Both the position numbers and the translations under genes were made by a program. This document shows positions 1 through 13,159 of a DNA stretch of 64,000 nucleotides, piece after piece. How positions within the stretch are numbered: the first letter of the stretch is position 1; each line of letters starts with the position of its first letter. The stretch comes from Marsupella aquatica (Eukaryota > Plantae > Marchantiophyta): contig OZ316898.1 of NCBI GenBank assembly GCA_973895155.1, positions 14,910,330 through 14,974,329 on the forward strand, read 5' to 3'. The notes beneath the pieces are model-generated. The model saw only the letters and a program-made list of their open reading frames with translations. It did no database searches and was not told where the DNA came from.

Positions 1-1463
1 GAACTTAAAGTTAAGTTTTGTGGTGGGAGCCCAAAATGGCTCCAAACTTTTTTTCTGCGCATAGGTTTTCTCCACATATGCTTTCTCCACATAAGTATAG
101 AGGCACACAAATATACTTTAGTCACAATATATTCATTCTAATTTCTAACACTCTTTAGTTTGTATGGAGTACTCAAGATCAAGACAAATTGGAGTACACA
201 GACTATATTGTATTCAACACAAATGAAAGTACATTAAATGTTCCCCCCTCAATGTACATGTGTACTTGATTCTCTCACCATTTAATGTCTTTGTCTTTTA
301 GTTATCAGAATTTTTTAATGCTTTTATATATCTCCCTTTGGGACCAAAGTCACCTTGAAAAGGTACGACTCTTAAAAGGGTTCCTTTTTGTTTTTGGGTG
401 AAATTGGTCACCTCGAAAAGAGTTTTAAAGGGGCTTTTTTTTTATAGAAAAAACGATGAGTAAGGAGCATGCCCTATGGTTGATCTCATTATTTTATTTT
501 CTTTGAGAATTAAAACAGATAGAGAATCAAGGGTATTTTAAAGAATGGGAAAATAAAAAAGACAAAAAGAGACATTTTTATTTTTTGGCCCGGATGGAGG
601 ATTACTTTAAGGGGAGAAATAATAAGGGTTTAAAGAATTTTTTCTTTAATTGCTGAGAGGTTTAAGGGTATTTAAGGGAGAGATTTTCAAAATGGTCTTT
701 GTTTATATTTTTTTCTTGCTAGAGGGGGCAGACACTAGTTGAGTGTATCGAACAAGCTAACCCCTATTCTATCTTAGAAGTGGGGAGCGATGGATGGTTT
801 AAGGGTCTTTTAAGGGGAGGAACAATAAAGACAAAGAATGGAGAGATTTCAGGTTTTATAAATCTTTCCTTTTTCTTGCAAGAGGGGAGTCAACATCAAA
901 ACAAAAAATGTGTTTTTATTCCTTTTGTGGACTTCTCACTCATTTTTCAACATAGATATAGATTTTTATTTGAGTAATTCTAGAAGAATGGGTGGGTGTG
1001 CTTTTAATTAGGTTAGGTATGATATTAATTAGTCATTAATGAATTTAGGTATGACATTAATTAGGAACTTAGAGATGATTAGCATAAAAAGGAGAGTCTC
1101 TCAGTTCATTCTTCTCATTCTCTTCTCTTCTCCTCTCATTGCTTATTCTTTTGCCTTTTTTGGCCAAAGTGACCTCATAGGCATTTGCTGGGGCAAGGGG
1201 CGCCATAAGCGTTGCTTGCAACCTACCATTTGCCTAGGTGGTCGTGGAGGGACGCGCTCGATCATTAGGGTCGTTCATAGGTAGTTTTCTATCGTATTCT
1301 CTTGGACTAGTGTGAGTTTGCTCTAGCCGGTGGTAGCAATGACCTAGTCATTTGCTACAGACCTGCCTATGACTTAATCTAGTACATTTGGCGGGACATT
1401 TGGATGCAACTCTTTTTTGTTGGAGATATACTTTGGCTTTGTGTTGTCATCGATGGAGTGTTC

Positions 1464-1602
1464 TCGATGCATACAATGCTTGTTGCTTGAGAAGTATTTT
1501 GCCTACGAGCGTGTTCATCCTTTAGATGCTGGTCGATGCATACAATGCTTGTTGCTTGAGAAATATTTTGCCGACGAGCGTGTTCATCCTTCAGATGCTG
1601 GT
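1464..1602. repeat. 69-bp tandem duplication
   Basis: TCGATGCATACAATGCTTGTTGCTTGAGAA... starts at 1464 and at 1533. Confidence 0.9.
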
Positions 1603-4600
1603 TTGTATATACATCAACGAAAGGTTGATGATGAGAGGAGAAAAAGATTAAATTCTTTATGATTTATTTCAGATTAGGTGGTGGACGATTTAGGGTTAAT
1701 TTAGGTTAGTCTTTTAGATACATTTAGGTTTTGATACATTTTTTTCTCTTATCAAATAAAAATTACATGTATGAATTCTATTTCAAACTTATATTATTTT
1801 GAGGTATCATATTATAATGAATAATCTTTTCCTTGTATTTATTAATTTTTCTCAAATTTAAATGCAACCCCAACTTATCATGTTTTTGTACTATTGCAAG
1901 TCAAATTTGGGTCAAAGCATTTCAGGACCCGAGTTTTGAACCTGAGACCTCCCCCTCACGAGAGTGATCACTATACTAATGAAACATTCATGTATTGGTG
2001 ACAATAACTAATCAGTCACAAATTATAAAGAGTAGTTCAGCTTTTGTGACCAAACCCCTTTGGTCACGGGCATTTTGTATAGAGGATTAATTTGATGTAA
2101 ATTCTTGCTGCATTGCCAACTATGAAACTTGGTCTCGACGAATTTAGCGTAAACAATATGTGACGATAGCGAAGTGAGTGACTGGATGCAACTTCAGAGA
2201 CGATTCCAAAAAATAAAAAACTTCCACAGCTAGCGATGCTCCTGTGCTCATTAGGGTGCACAGTATATTCGCATTTCATGATACTTGCAAGAATGCATAA
2301 ATTGACCACAATTGACTGGGTGAACATTGAGCATAGGATTCAGCTCTTCCTTTGAAATTGGGAGATGCTGCACTCGAAAGGTCGCGGGAGCTCTCCCGAT
2401 TTCACGGTAGTACTGAATCTTGCATACATCACTGTGCGTAAGCCCCCTCCATACTGTAGATTGAGATCAAATGCTACATTCAATTTTTTCTGGACTTGGC
2501 GGCGGACTTGGCGGGAGTTGTCGAGTGCAGCACTCCCGATTTCAGTATTTCACGGTAGCGCTGAGTGTTGCATACATCACTGTACGTGAGCCGCCTCTCT
2601 ACTATAGTTAGAGATCGAGCCCCCTACACGTACAATTATTGATGTGAAGTTTGTAGGTTTGAAATATGCCTGGTCTAAAAGATTGTCCTGCTTATAATTA
2701 CACATCAAAATGTGGTTGCATTCATTGATTGAAAGAAAAAAACTAATATTATCACTATATGCATGCAAGGGTGTCATATGTAATATATGTCATATTTTGA
2801 TGTACAATTACACAAAAGATTGTTGTGCTAGCTCACGCAAGTGTTCATGACAAGTGTGACTCATGAGAGCGTGCTCCATGATTGACATCCGCAAACAAAT
2901 AGGAGCCCATCATCCAAGCCAAGTTGCGGGCTTGCTTTCTTCTGGTTGACTTCATCCAGGTGGAGATGCATTGCTATTGCTAAATAAAGGACAACAGTCA
3001 GTCCCAATCTTTGCAAATTACCGTGAACTCGAAATAGAAACCTAGTCATAATCACTCATCGACTGGGTGGGTGTTTGGCAGTGAGCTGGTGACTCAGTGA
3101 CTGTATTATTAGCATCATCCCGCGTAACGCGCATACTGTACTGACGTATTACAGGTTGCGAATCGTACGCGTTTATCAAAGCTGAGGTTTAACTGATCAT
3201 TATTGAGGGCAACTGAGAGCATTTTGCTGTGCCAAAGAGCGACGGCATACTCAACGATCCAAGATAGGATCAACGCCCTTGACCGCAATCAGTGAGGGTA
3301 ACACTAACATTGTTTCGTCAGGTTTTAAATTTGGTCATCTTGTTTGGAACCATATTCTTAGAGTTCTCCACACCTTCGTTGGGGATGCTCACCAAACAAT
3401 AGAAGTATAAGTTTATGGCATTGAGATAACGGCGTGTTTCCAATAATCCAGAACGCCACTACAAAGCCCCCAAACTTACCTTCATTCCTCAAACAGTATG
3501 TTTGTGTACCCGCGAATGTGCTATTTACACTTGGACGTGTTACTTTGCCATTGATGAGAATGAAGGTCTGAACAGCAGGCTGGTTTGGCAACAGTCTAAA
3601 ACTGGCTGTTAACACTTTGGAATTAAAAGCTGACCTCTAATGATTTAGATATACAGGTTACCATTGGGAGTACGATTGCCAAAGTTTCTCTCCATCCTGG
3701 TTCATGTGGAGGTTTAGTTTGTGAAAGATAGTACTGATGAGATGCTCTTAGTATGAACTGTTCAGGTCCAGTCTTCTTGGCAGTTGTTGGTGTTTAGCCC
3801 AATTGGCCAGAGGATTGGGCCCTGTGACCAGAAGGGAGGTATTTTGTTGATCAACCCCAAAAATGAAACTTGTTCCTTGATCGACCCCCTGAGGTCTATC
3901 AACGGTCCAGATTTGAGATCGAAAGGTCCATCAACGGCCCAAATTGGGGAAAAGTATAGAGGGGGCTGATTAAGCAAACTTTTTCCAGAAGGGGGTCTAC
4001 TAAGCATATCTCTCACTAGAAGGCCTCTGGTTCAATTCCAATGGTGTGGGAAGATAGCCGAGAGTAGGGGAAGGGCTAGAAATGGCTCGAGTATGTCTGC
4101 CCACCAAAATTAGGGGCACCCTACCTAAGAGTGACTCCTCAAAGCTTGTTTAGTTGGCTTCTTTCACAGTTCTAATGTTTCCATTCATTGATAGTGTAGT
4201 TTTGAGTTTTAGTTTGAGAACATTGGAGGCAACTTTTAAGTCAGAATCCTGCTCAGCGACAAATTCTCCGAGAGGTGCCGTGATCACAACACAGATTCCG
4301 CAGGAGATTCCATTACAGTGTTGTAATGTTGCACAAAATATATTTTAACTATCACCTTGTGATCACTTTAGAATATTGTTTGTTGAATATCAGCATGGAG
4401 TGGGGTTTCCCATACAACGTCCTCTGATTGTAATCACTATGTGAAAGGAGGGCATCTGTAAAAGGAGATACAAAAATGGGACTAAGGATGGAGAACAAGC
4501 AGGAGAACAAGAGAGAACTGGAACCAGTCATTTTGCTCAGGTTTTGAAGAAATAGTGCAAATTATAGCAAAATTTTGCCGAGAAATTTTGATGTACCAAG

Positions 4601-4902
4601 TGAGAAGGAAAATCTGCCTGTCTTCTCAATCATCTCATGCCAATGTACAATTTTGGATCTTGCTGATGGACCCTTTAGACCACTTCAGAATTTGGGTAAG
4701 AAAATTCGCAAAATTAGTGTTGCATCATTCATAAAGTACTCTGGGAGGAAGAATTTTGCAAATATTCATAGCCAAGACCGGAATGGCAAGGTTGGATTCT
4801 AAGATAGAACGAGGCTCACAGAGTCATGGTTGTGTGGTAGTTCACTTGAGTAGAGGCTCATAGATATTGGGTTCAAATGTTGTGACTGACTGTTCTCTAT
4901 GT

Positions 4903-5020
4903 GATTTCACAGATTTACTCTTAAAAGAAGGAGGGCAAAAAAAGAGAGGACCCATTTGTTTTATTTCACAGATTTACTCTTAAAAGAAGGAGCGCAAAAA
5001 AGGAGAGGACCCATTTGTTG
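4903..5020. repeat. ~60-bp tandem duplication
   Basis: ATTTCACAGATTTACTCTTAAAAGAAGGAG...GAGAGGACCCATTTGTT occurs twice head-to-tail. Confidence 0.85.
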
Positions 5021-5223
5021 TCTCTAGTTTATGCTGCAACTTTGAATTCAATAAATGCACGGGCTCCTTCATCCTTGAAAAGATAAAAAATTCTTTCTAT
5101 AAGTCACAGGAATCGAATTGAATGCTGTTCGTTGTGCAGGCAGTCGCTGCGGTAGCCAGCCGATGCAGGTTAGCTGTGTGTAGAATACATTTAAATACGT
5201 CAAACGCGCCACTAGTAGCACTC

Positions 5224-5296
5224 AGCAGGCCATGTCCTAGTGGTAGATGGGTGAGAGTGAGGTGAGAGAGGGTGTGAGTTCGAATCTCGCCTGCCC
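5224..5296 (+). pseudogene. tRNA-derived sequence (tRNA pseudogene or SINE head)
   Basis: GCAGGC...GCCTGC acceptor-like stem, A-box-like TAGTGGTAG and T-arm GTGAG-TTCGAAT-CTCGC with a B box. No credible anticodon arm. Confidence 0.5.
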
Positions 5297-5371
5297 TGTT
5301 TTCCCTTTCAACACAGATCCCCCCAAAAGTGGGGTACAGAGGTCTCTAGTGATATTAGTAATTTTTTTATT

Positions 5372-5915
5372 CCACCCCAGAGTTAATACATATACTCCTC
5401 ATTAAGTGGGGTTCACTAGCACCTAGTGACACTTAGAATTTTTTCATTCAACGAGAGGAACCAACTGGAACCAACCACCCCAGAGTTAATACATATACTC
5501 CTCATTAAGTGGGGTTCACTAGCACCTAGTGACACTTAGGGCCGTCTTGCATGTACAAGGTCTTTTGATTTCCGGCCCTGAAATGAACCCGTGGCCTTTT
5601 TTTAATCAAGCGACAGTTCGGCAGTCTTGACACCATCTTTGGTGGAGTTGCAAGGGCAAGGGCCGGAAAATTTCCGGCCCTTGAGGTCCCCAACCTTCAA
5701 ATCATAATAAAACAAAATGGTAGACATAACACCTAGTCTTCGACCCAGACTTCTGGACGTTTTTCCCGTGTATCTGCTCCCCACTCCTGGTAGATTTGGT
5801 TTGCACTTTTTCCCGACATTTGTGGGCTGGTAAGGGCCGCTTTTTTGAGGACTCTTGCACATGCAAGACAGCCCTTAGAATTTTTTCATTCAACGAGAGG
5901 AACCAACCGAACCAA
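5372..5915. repeat. ~103-bp tandem duplication whose second copy is split by a MITE
   Basis: CCACCCCAGAGTTAATACATATACTCC... at ~5372 and ~5475. Copy 1 keeps the empty site GACAC-TTA-GAATTTT. Confidence 0.9.
5539..5874. mobile_element. Tourist-like MITE (PIF/Harbinger, non-autonomous), 336 bp
   Basis: 21-bp TIRs GGGCCGTCTTGCATGTACAAG / CTTGCACATGCAAGACAGCCC (2 mismatches). TTA TSD at 5536-5538 and 5875-5877. Empty site present in the adjacent duplicate. Confidence 0.92.
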
Positions 5916-7987
5916 CCGGCTCTAGCAGTTTTGGTCAATGTTCACTAAATTACAAGACAAGTTAATTACAAAACACGTGATTGGTAGAAGTGAATAGATA
6001 ATTACAGAGCCTATATAAGTTGGGGTGACAAGTTTAGCCTTTTGTGGTCAAATAGTCCGGTCAACGACTTGTAGTAGCTTTTTGGTGAATGTACATAAAA
6101 AGGCAGCAGCATTTGGTGTGCCCTGCCAAGTGGCACATGTTCACGCAAGAGGCAGATTTGCAGATTTTCCATATCGGGATAAATTCAAGTGCTCTTTTAT
6201 ATGAATCATGAATGAGTGTTGTTGGGGCCGGTCAAGGGGACCAATGCATGAAAAACACATCTACAGTAGCCTTTTCTTGAATGGAGATACTTAGTGGACG
6301 TCGTGACAATAGTTAGTGGACCAAAAGACAATGCATGGACACAATCTTTCATATCCTCGCTGACTAGTGTACTTTGGGGTCCTGTCCATATAGCCATGTG
6401 CTTGAGAGGGGCTCTATATGCAGTCTAGATATCACCGTAGTTGGTCTTGTTTTTTTGTTTTTGTTTTCTTGTGTGGTAACGGCAAAGGGTAATTATGCAA
6501 CGCAAGAAGTATTAGGGTCGTAATAGAGCATGCAAGCCCGGCAGCTCCCCGGCCTTCCAACTTGGTTGAACATACTGTGACAATCATATTCAAACTACAA
6601 AAGAAGGGGTTTACAGTCGCGTTGGAGTATGCAAGCAACTCAAACACCATAGCGCCCGGACTTTGCAGCTTGTTTAATAAAGATTTGCCAATTGCATGAA
6701 AAATACAAGGAAAAGATTATGGCAGCATTGGAGCATGCAAGTGCCAGAGCACCTTACCTCTCTGCCTTTGTGCATAAAATGTGAATATTGTATACAAATT
6801 ACAAAGGGTGCATAAATGGGCCCACCCTTTATGTAATCCATTGGGAATCAGTTTTGTTTCTCAGTGTGTTAATTTTCATTTCATTGAAGTTTTCTTATGC
6901 TGCTTGCTTCCTGCCTGGCTTCCAGTTTCTGCTCGTGTTCCTTCTGAAGATAGCTGTGGCTACAATTGCAGATGTTCTTAAAACAACTTGTGTAAAGACA
7001 CAAAATGGTACCTTTGTTGAGCCTGGAGGTCCACTGGGAGAGAAATTGAAATATAATATTAATCCATGGGGAGTAAATTTTTGTCAGGAGAGAGAAACAT
7101 TTTTTGCCTTCTGGGATCCTGTCTCCAGATTTCTTTTGTCATTGGCATTAAATAATTTAGTCAAATGACACGTCGTTCCAGTGACGTTTACTTGGTACCA
7201 TAATATTCTCCATTTCTTTCAATTTTCCTTTTCTCCTTTGATTTTTCATGCTCACCACAAATCCCCTCCCTCAGCCTGTTGTCAGCTCTGGCGGGCCAGG
7301 GGTGACTTGTGATCAACTGGTCTTGAGATCAATCCCGGTCTATACTCCTACAATGGGTTCTGCTCCAGTCTGTCTTTGGCAGGTTCAATAGGGGGTCTCA
7401 AATATCGGGTCGCGGTGCTTTTACGGACGTCCGCAATAGGTTCGGCCGGACGCGGGTGAAAAATGTGCGGCAGTCCTTGTTGCTAGGCCGCACAGTCATT
7501 CCGAGGGATTGCACCATTTCCCGAGCACGGACGCTCTGTCCTAATGGTCATTCCCGACGTCGCACTTAGTCTGGAATGCGCCTGAACACACTATCGTCAG
7601 CGCCTTCAGCAGCCATCGCTCTTGAGCTGAGAACAATGCCATTTGCGTAGAGGAGCTGCCACTCCCATATTGCGAACGATTTTGACTGTCTGAGCCAAGC
7701 GGAGCTCCCGGTGGAGCTGCCACTGCCATTGCGGACGCTTCGATTGTCTTGGCCAAGCAGAGCCATCGGAACTGTCACTGCCATTGCGAATGCTTCGACT
7801 ATCTTGGCCTAGGGAAGCCATTGCGGAATCAGAGGGTTGTTGTCGGCAACGTCAGCTTCAGGTTGCGCCTCAACTCCATTTGTTGGTGAGTTCTGGTTGC
7901 TGCTTATGACCTGTTCAAATATCTGTTCTGTTCGAATCCTTACTTTGTTAATTGGCATGAACTGAACTTGCGTCATCACAATTAGGG

Positions 7988-8619
7988 ATGGGAGAGTGGA
8001 CTAGGCTTTCTGAGGTTGAGGATAGTAGGCAGAAAGGCAAAACAACATCTTTCCGGCCAGCAGTAGTGTGGATAGGGAATTTCGTAGCTCCTAATCCTTA
8101 CCCGCGAAAGTTTGTATACCAAGCATGTGCTCACAAACTCGACAATGGGCTGATCTGTTCCAAATCTCTTGAATTTGGACCTTGTACCACACATGACGAG
8201 GATCCCGTACTGAAATTCAGATTTAAACTCATTTTGTTTGATGCCATTCATGGAGGCACACCTCCTCTCCATGCGAACTTGTGGAATGCTGCTGGCGAGC
8301 TCCTTGGATGCAATGCTCTGGAATTTAGTACATGTATCGAGGCTGAACAAATTGAGTACTTGACAAGCTTGATGGAAACCACTCCAAGAGCAAAAGTTTG
8401 AACTGTGCCATAGTCCAGCATTTGCAATTGTTGGATGTCCCGGTCATCCAACTGCCACTATCAATCCGTGGCTACAAGACTCCTGAATCCACATCTTCTT
8501 CTTACCACACGCCAGCCAAGTCAGGATCAAAAAATGGAGCAAAATCAGCCAGTTCCAAAAAATTGTTGAAGGATTTGTGCCAGGCTATACTAAGTGCAGG
8601 TTTAAACGATGAGGACTAG
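7988..8619 (+). pseudogene. RPA70 C-terminal-like OB-fold/Zn-ribbon protein carried by the Harbinger
   Basis: FVYQAC-x9-CSK-x6-CTTH-x8-RFKLILFD...LWNAAGELLGCNALEF resembles the RPA1 DBD-C pattern (YxAC..C.K..C..C...R.L.l.D....F...AE.LLG..A.EL). Probably has an upstream exon at ~7540-7890; stop or frameshift near 8400. Confidence 0.6.
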
Positions 8620-8826
8620 GTAGGCAGACCATCTCTGAAGTAGTTTACTAGTCTCAATGCAACTTGCTTCCGATCTGCTGGAATTACCAGAATCGTATTG
8701 TTGTTCAATTATCTGATTTTGTACCTCCATTGTGAATTGAAAGCCTCTTGGGCACTTCCACTTTGTGCACTGTTCATTTGAATGAGTGACATATTATGAA
8801 TTATGTGATGATCTCTTGCAGATAGA

Positions 8827-10310
8827 ATGCCCAAGGTTTTGAATGGGCAGCAATGCCTAAAATGGGTTCGTGAGCATTTGTATGTGAGTATTATGATGGA
8901 GTCCTCTAGTGATGGCTATGGCTTGAGTGGATCATCAGGATCTTCCTCTGTCAGCAGTGGTATCATGTCCCCAGATTCTGATAATGACATGGACCCAACT
9001 TCTGATTCAGAGGATGGAAGAACAGGAGACCCGTGTGATGTCCATGGTAAACCAGGCGAGTGGTTAGGTTTGTACACGCTCCTAGATAGTGAGAGGTATT
9101 ATGAGAAACGTTCCAAAACCCCACGGGCTAAGGAGTTTGTAGATACATTTTTCAGAAATATCCTGCCCCAAAGTGAATTTAGGCAAATTTGTCGAATGGA
9201 CAAGGATGCATTTTTTGTTCTTCTTCAGTTGATAGAATTGCATCCTGTGTTTCAAAATGATTCTTTTCATGAACCGGCCCCTGTCTCATTGCAATTAGCC
9301 ACCTGTTTAGACAGGTTGGGCCATACAGGGAATGGTGTTTGTTTGAAACGAACCTTGCTTCTATGGGGTACAAGTGTGGGATCTTGTGTCAATTACACCT
9401 CAAGATGTGTTTACTACCGCCCTTGAATCTGCCCTTGGGGACTACTTGAAATGGCCAGACAGGGCAGAGCGTGTCCAAATTTCAAATGAGTTTGCCAAGA
9501 AAGGGTTCCAGGGTTGTGTTGGCCTGATTGATGGAACTACATGTCCATTGACACAGAGACCCAAGAATCATGGGGAGTGTTATTTTCGACCGGAAATCAC
9601 GTTATTCAATCAATGCACAAATTGTTTGTGACCATAAAAGGAAGATCACTTTCCTTAATGTCGGTGAGTTTCCTGTGAACTCCATTTATGTTGATTTCTT
9701 CCTTTTTTGTACAACTGTTGTCAGTGGCTAATGTTCTCAGACTTTGTGTGCCTCAGGAAACCCATGATCATGTTCTGACCTGACTTGCCTCAAGAGGTGC
9801 TTATTGTGGGACAAAATTCATGGAAACTCTGCTTTTGACCTCGGACAGTATCTGCTTGGGGACAGTGGGTATGTCAATGCACCACACATGGTCGCAACTT
9901 ACAAGAATACATTTGGACACAAGGAAAAAGAGGATTTTAACACCTGTATTGCCAAGACCAGGTATGTCAATGAACACTGTATAGGAGTGATGAAATCACG
10001 GTGGTTCTCTTTAAGAGAAATCAAAACTCAACTTAATGAGAAAAAAGACTTTGTATGGATGTGCTATGGATGTGCAAATGGATCCGGGCATGTGCTCTGT
10101 TGCACAACTATGTGTTGGCCCAAAATGATATTTGGACAGATGAGGACATGATGGACTGCCCCCCAGGACCACCTGAGGAGGATGATAGAGGAGTCGACTA
10201 TAGGGGTGGTGACATGGCCCGTAATAGGTGTGCTAGAGCAGCTGGCAGATCCTTGCAGCAAGGAGTTATGGCTTGAGCTATCTCTTTCAATCGGCAACCA
10301 GGGGGTGTCT
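8827..10310 (+). pseudogene. Harbinger DDE transposase (DDE_Tnp_4/HARBI1-like), frameshifted, intron ~9664-9756
   Basis: Motifs FRQICRMDKDAF, GCVGLIDGT, YLLGDSGY, RYVNEHCIGVMKSRW and ACALLHNY spread over ORFs 8827-9426, 9374-9631, 9804-10151 and 10055-10276. Confidence 0.9.
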
Positions 10311-10888
10311 TTGGGAACTATGATTCATAATTGATGGAGTCATCGGGTACTTAGCATGCTTCTGCTGCGTCGACTACTGCATTTTTTTTGTTTACGAGCA
10401 CAATGTAGATGCAAATAGGAGGGTAGTTGTTTAAAGTACAGTACGTAGTAGGTACATTCAGTTTCCAATGTATACAAACCTCACTTAATTGAAAAACTCT
10501 TTGAGAGCTCAATCTGTATGGAAGTTTTTTCAGTCTGTGGAGTGATACTGAATGTTAACACACCTCACTTGATGCATAGCAAATGAGAATAGAGAACATA
10601 CAAAGACGTAGAGTCGACAAATAGACACTTGTAGAGATCTTGTCCATCGAACAAACAATCTTGTTCCAACAAAAGTAAAAATAAGTGTGCACATCAAGTA
10701 CACTACCAAAATTTATAAGTGTTTAACAAAACCAAAATTTATATGTTCTCATACAAATTCTGAAGCAATCGCTCCATTCTAGAATATCGCCCCTAAATCC
10801 TAATCCCCCTGGCTTGCTATAAAGCACTACACTGAGTCTGGCATAGAAGGGCCTGAATCCATGGGTATTGTTGTTTGAACCATCTTCA

Positions 10889-12406
10889 TCAGTCATTCAA
10901 TGTCCCCCTTGATTTCCCAGTCCTGCATAATTCTATCATGATCTGTCCACGCATAGTCAACTGAGCCAACATGAACTGATGCTGCTGGTCCATCTTCAGG
11001 CGCTTCTCAGCTTGAGAGGCATTGAAATGTTCAATCCTTATTTTGTGAACTCTGTCCAATTTATCCTTCTTAGCAGCATCAAAGTCTTGTTGTACGTCTG
11101 TCGTCTGTCTTCTATTTCGTCTTTCTTCCATTGATTCTTGATTCCAATCATCTCCTTCCTAAAAATTGCCTTATCCTTTTTATGCTCAGCATACATGGCT
11201 GCTAAGCTCCCTTTCGACGTTGCTGAATGATCGGACTTCTTTTTTGCTGGCTGTGCTTTGTCATTCACCCTTGATGTAGAATTTGATTGCCCTGGTGCCT
11301 ACCCTTGAGTTCCTGTCTGATTAGGCCGAGATGCTGGCACGTTTATGGGAGGGGTCCGAGTTGCTCTGACTTCTTCAGTCCCTGTAGCGCAAGGTTCTCC
11401 TTGTGTTGCCTCTGGAGATTGTGCTTGTGCTTCACCAGCTCCAGGGTGAATTGACTCCTCCTCTACTTCTGGTAGAGAGTCTACATGCAGACAACAAATC
11501 ATGGTTGCATACATTCAGTTCATGCAAAATGCTACATACAAAAATTGCTAGCATTATTTGAGCACAGGGTCTCCATCAAACTAAGGCTTGAGTACAAAAC
11601 AAGGAAACCTGGTTACGTCTCACTGTCAAATATCGATCTTACCTGCCATCAGCCAGGTTGGCGATGTTGGCTCTTCCTCAAAATCTGCCCCTTCATTTTC
11701 GCTGTCTTCAGCTGGATCCTCCACCTGATCTGGGGATTCTGTGATTCCGCATCCTGGAAAACCATGGCTGGCAATGCTAGGAGGCTGGATGTTAGCACGT
11801 TCACCACAAATTGCATGCATGCAATCAAACAAGGGGCACATCTTGTCTAATTTATGCTCAATAGTGATCCCACATCTCCTCCTCAGATAAACCCCCTCCT
11901 GTCGAATTTTTTAGCATCAAAGTCTTCTTGTACATATCTTGGTATCGACCAAATCGCTTAGCTAGATTAGCACCATCCATCTTGGGGAACCCGTAGTCAG
12001 CCAGCACGGCAGCCATGGAAGTGAAGACAGATTTTTTCGACTGATACTGGTTACCTTGCCTCGTTTGTCGACCTGCCCCAAAGATGGCATTATAGTTATC
12101 CTGAACCTCCAAGTAATCGATAATCAAAGCGTAATCTTTCCGTGTCAGCTTTGTGCCTGAAACCTGGCTACCCGAGCCTACACCTCGTGCTCTGCCCTGG
12201 GTTGCTGCCATAGCTGGATGTGCAGGTGCCTGCAACGCACGATTCCCCTGTGATGTTAAGTCCTGTTGGGAGTCCTGTAGGGATGCAGGCTGAATCACGC
12301 GTGGTGGGACGAATCCTCGTCCTCCAATGCCAGACCTGGAGCCCTGCTCACAGAACATTGCCCTCACATCACTTGAAGTCTCTGCAAGAATGTGCTCCGT
12401 CTCCAT
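10889..12406 (-). pseudogene. Harbinger Myb/SANT-like DNA-binding partner protein (fragmented)
   Basis: Helical N-terminal region (IIDYLEVQDNYNAIFG...RFGRYQDMYKKT...STGGGL), then MCPLFDCMHAICGER, an acidic linker and a C-terminal coiled coil. Convergent with the transposase inside the TIRs. Confidence 0.75.
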
Positions 12407-13108
12407 AATGTTGCAGTGCGCCTTGCACTGAAATCATCAGGTTTGTGAGGCAAAAACTTGGCGCGATGGCACGATGGCTCGACGTTCAAATTTGAAGTGA
12501 GTGTAGAGTAGTGTGTGCACATAGACAGGAACATCACGCGGGGCGTTTCAGAATCAAGGTCATGCTGTGTCTAGACCGCAACACTTTGTCATGGGCCGTT
12601 TCAAAACTCAGTGGGCAACGATAACCTAAACCCGTCAAAGGGAGCCGCGGCACAAGTTTCGGGCACTAAGTCAGTCCCGCGGAATGAAGACCCAGCCCTA
12701 TATTTGAGACCCCCTAATGTATATGGTGCCCCTTAGGAGGGCATTACAAGAAAAACCGGGCCCCAGCCACACTTTACCCTAATGATATTGAGCAATCAGT
12801 TTCAGCCTAAATCTAGGCTTCCAGCCCGAGACAAAGAGAGGGCCCGGGCTGTTGGGAATGCAATAAATACAAACCAAGAGACCTGGCAGTAGAAACTTAC
12901 CTTGCCTGGTGGTTTACATTTTGAATAAGATATTGTACCTGTTAGAGGGCATTGTGAGATATAATGCCCTAAAAAATAAGGACGCTATTCTCATAATGCC
13001 TGTACCTAGGACTTTAATGTACTTAAAAACGTGAATGATTTTTTGGTAACAGACAAAGAAAAAGTGAATCTGTGAAGTAGAAAATCCAAGTGAAAGGGCC
13101 TGCAATTG

Positions 13109-13111
<3 letters not shown>

Positions 13112-13156
<45 letters not shown>
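13112..13156. repeat. (AT)n microsatellite
   Basis: About 22 AT dinucleotides. Confidence 0.98.

Positions 13157-13159
<3 letters not shown>

Larger units (their letters stand above)
7390..12715. mobile_element. PIF/Harbinger DNA transposon, full length, 5.3 kb
   Basis: TIR AGGGGGTCTCAAATAT(C/A)GGG at both ends. 3-bp AAT duplication at 7387-7389 and 12716-12718. Convergent DDE transposase and Myb/SANT-like genes inside. Confidence 0.92.

Noticed and set aside
3300-4480. Possible retroelement gag or zinc-knuckle remnant (CNHYVKGGH near 4430)
   Set aside because: Too degenerate; no RT, integrase or LTR support.
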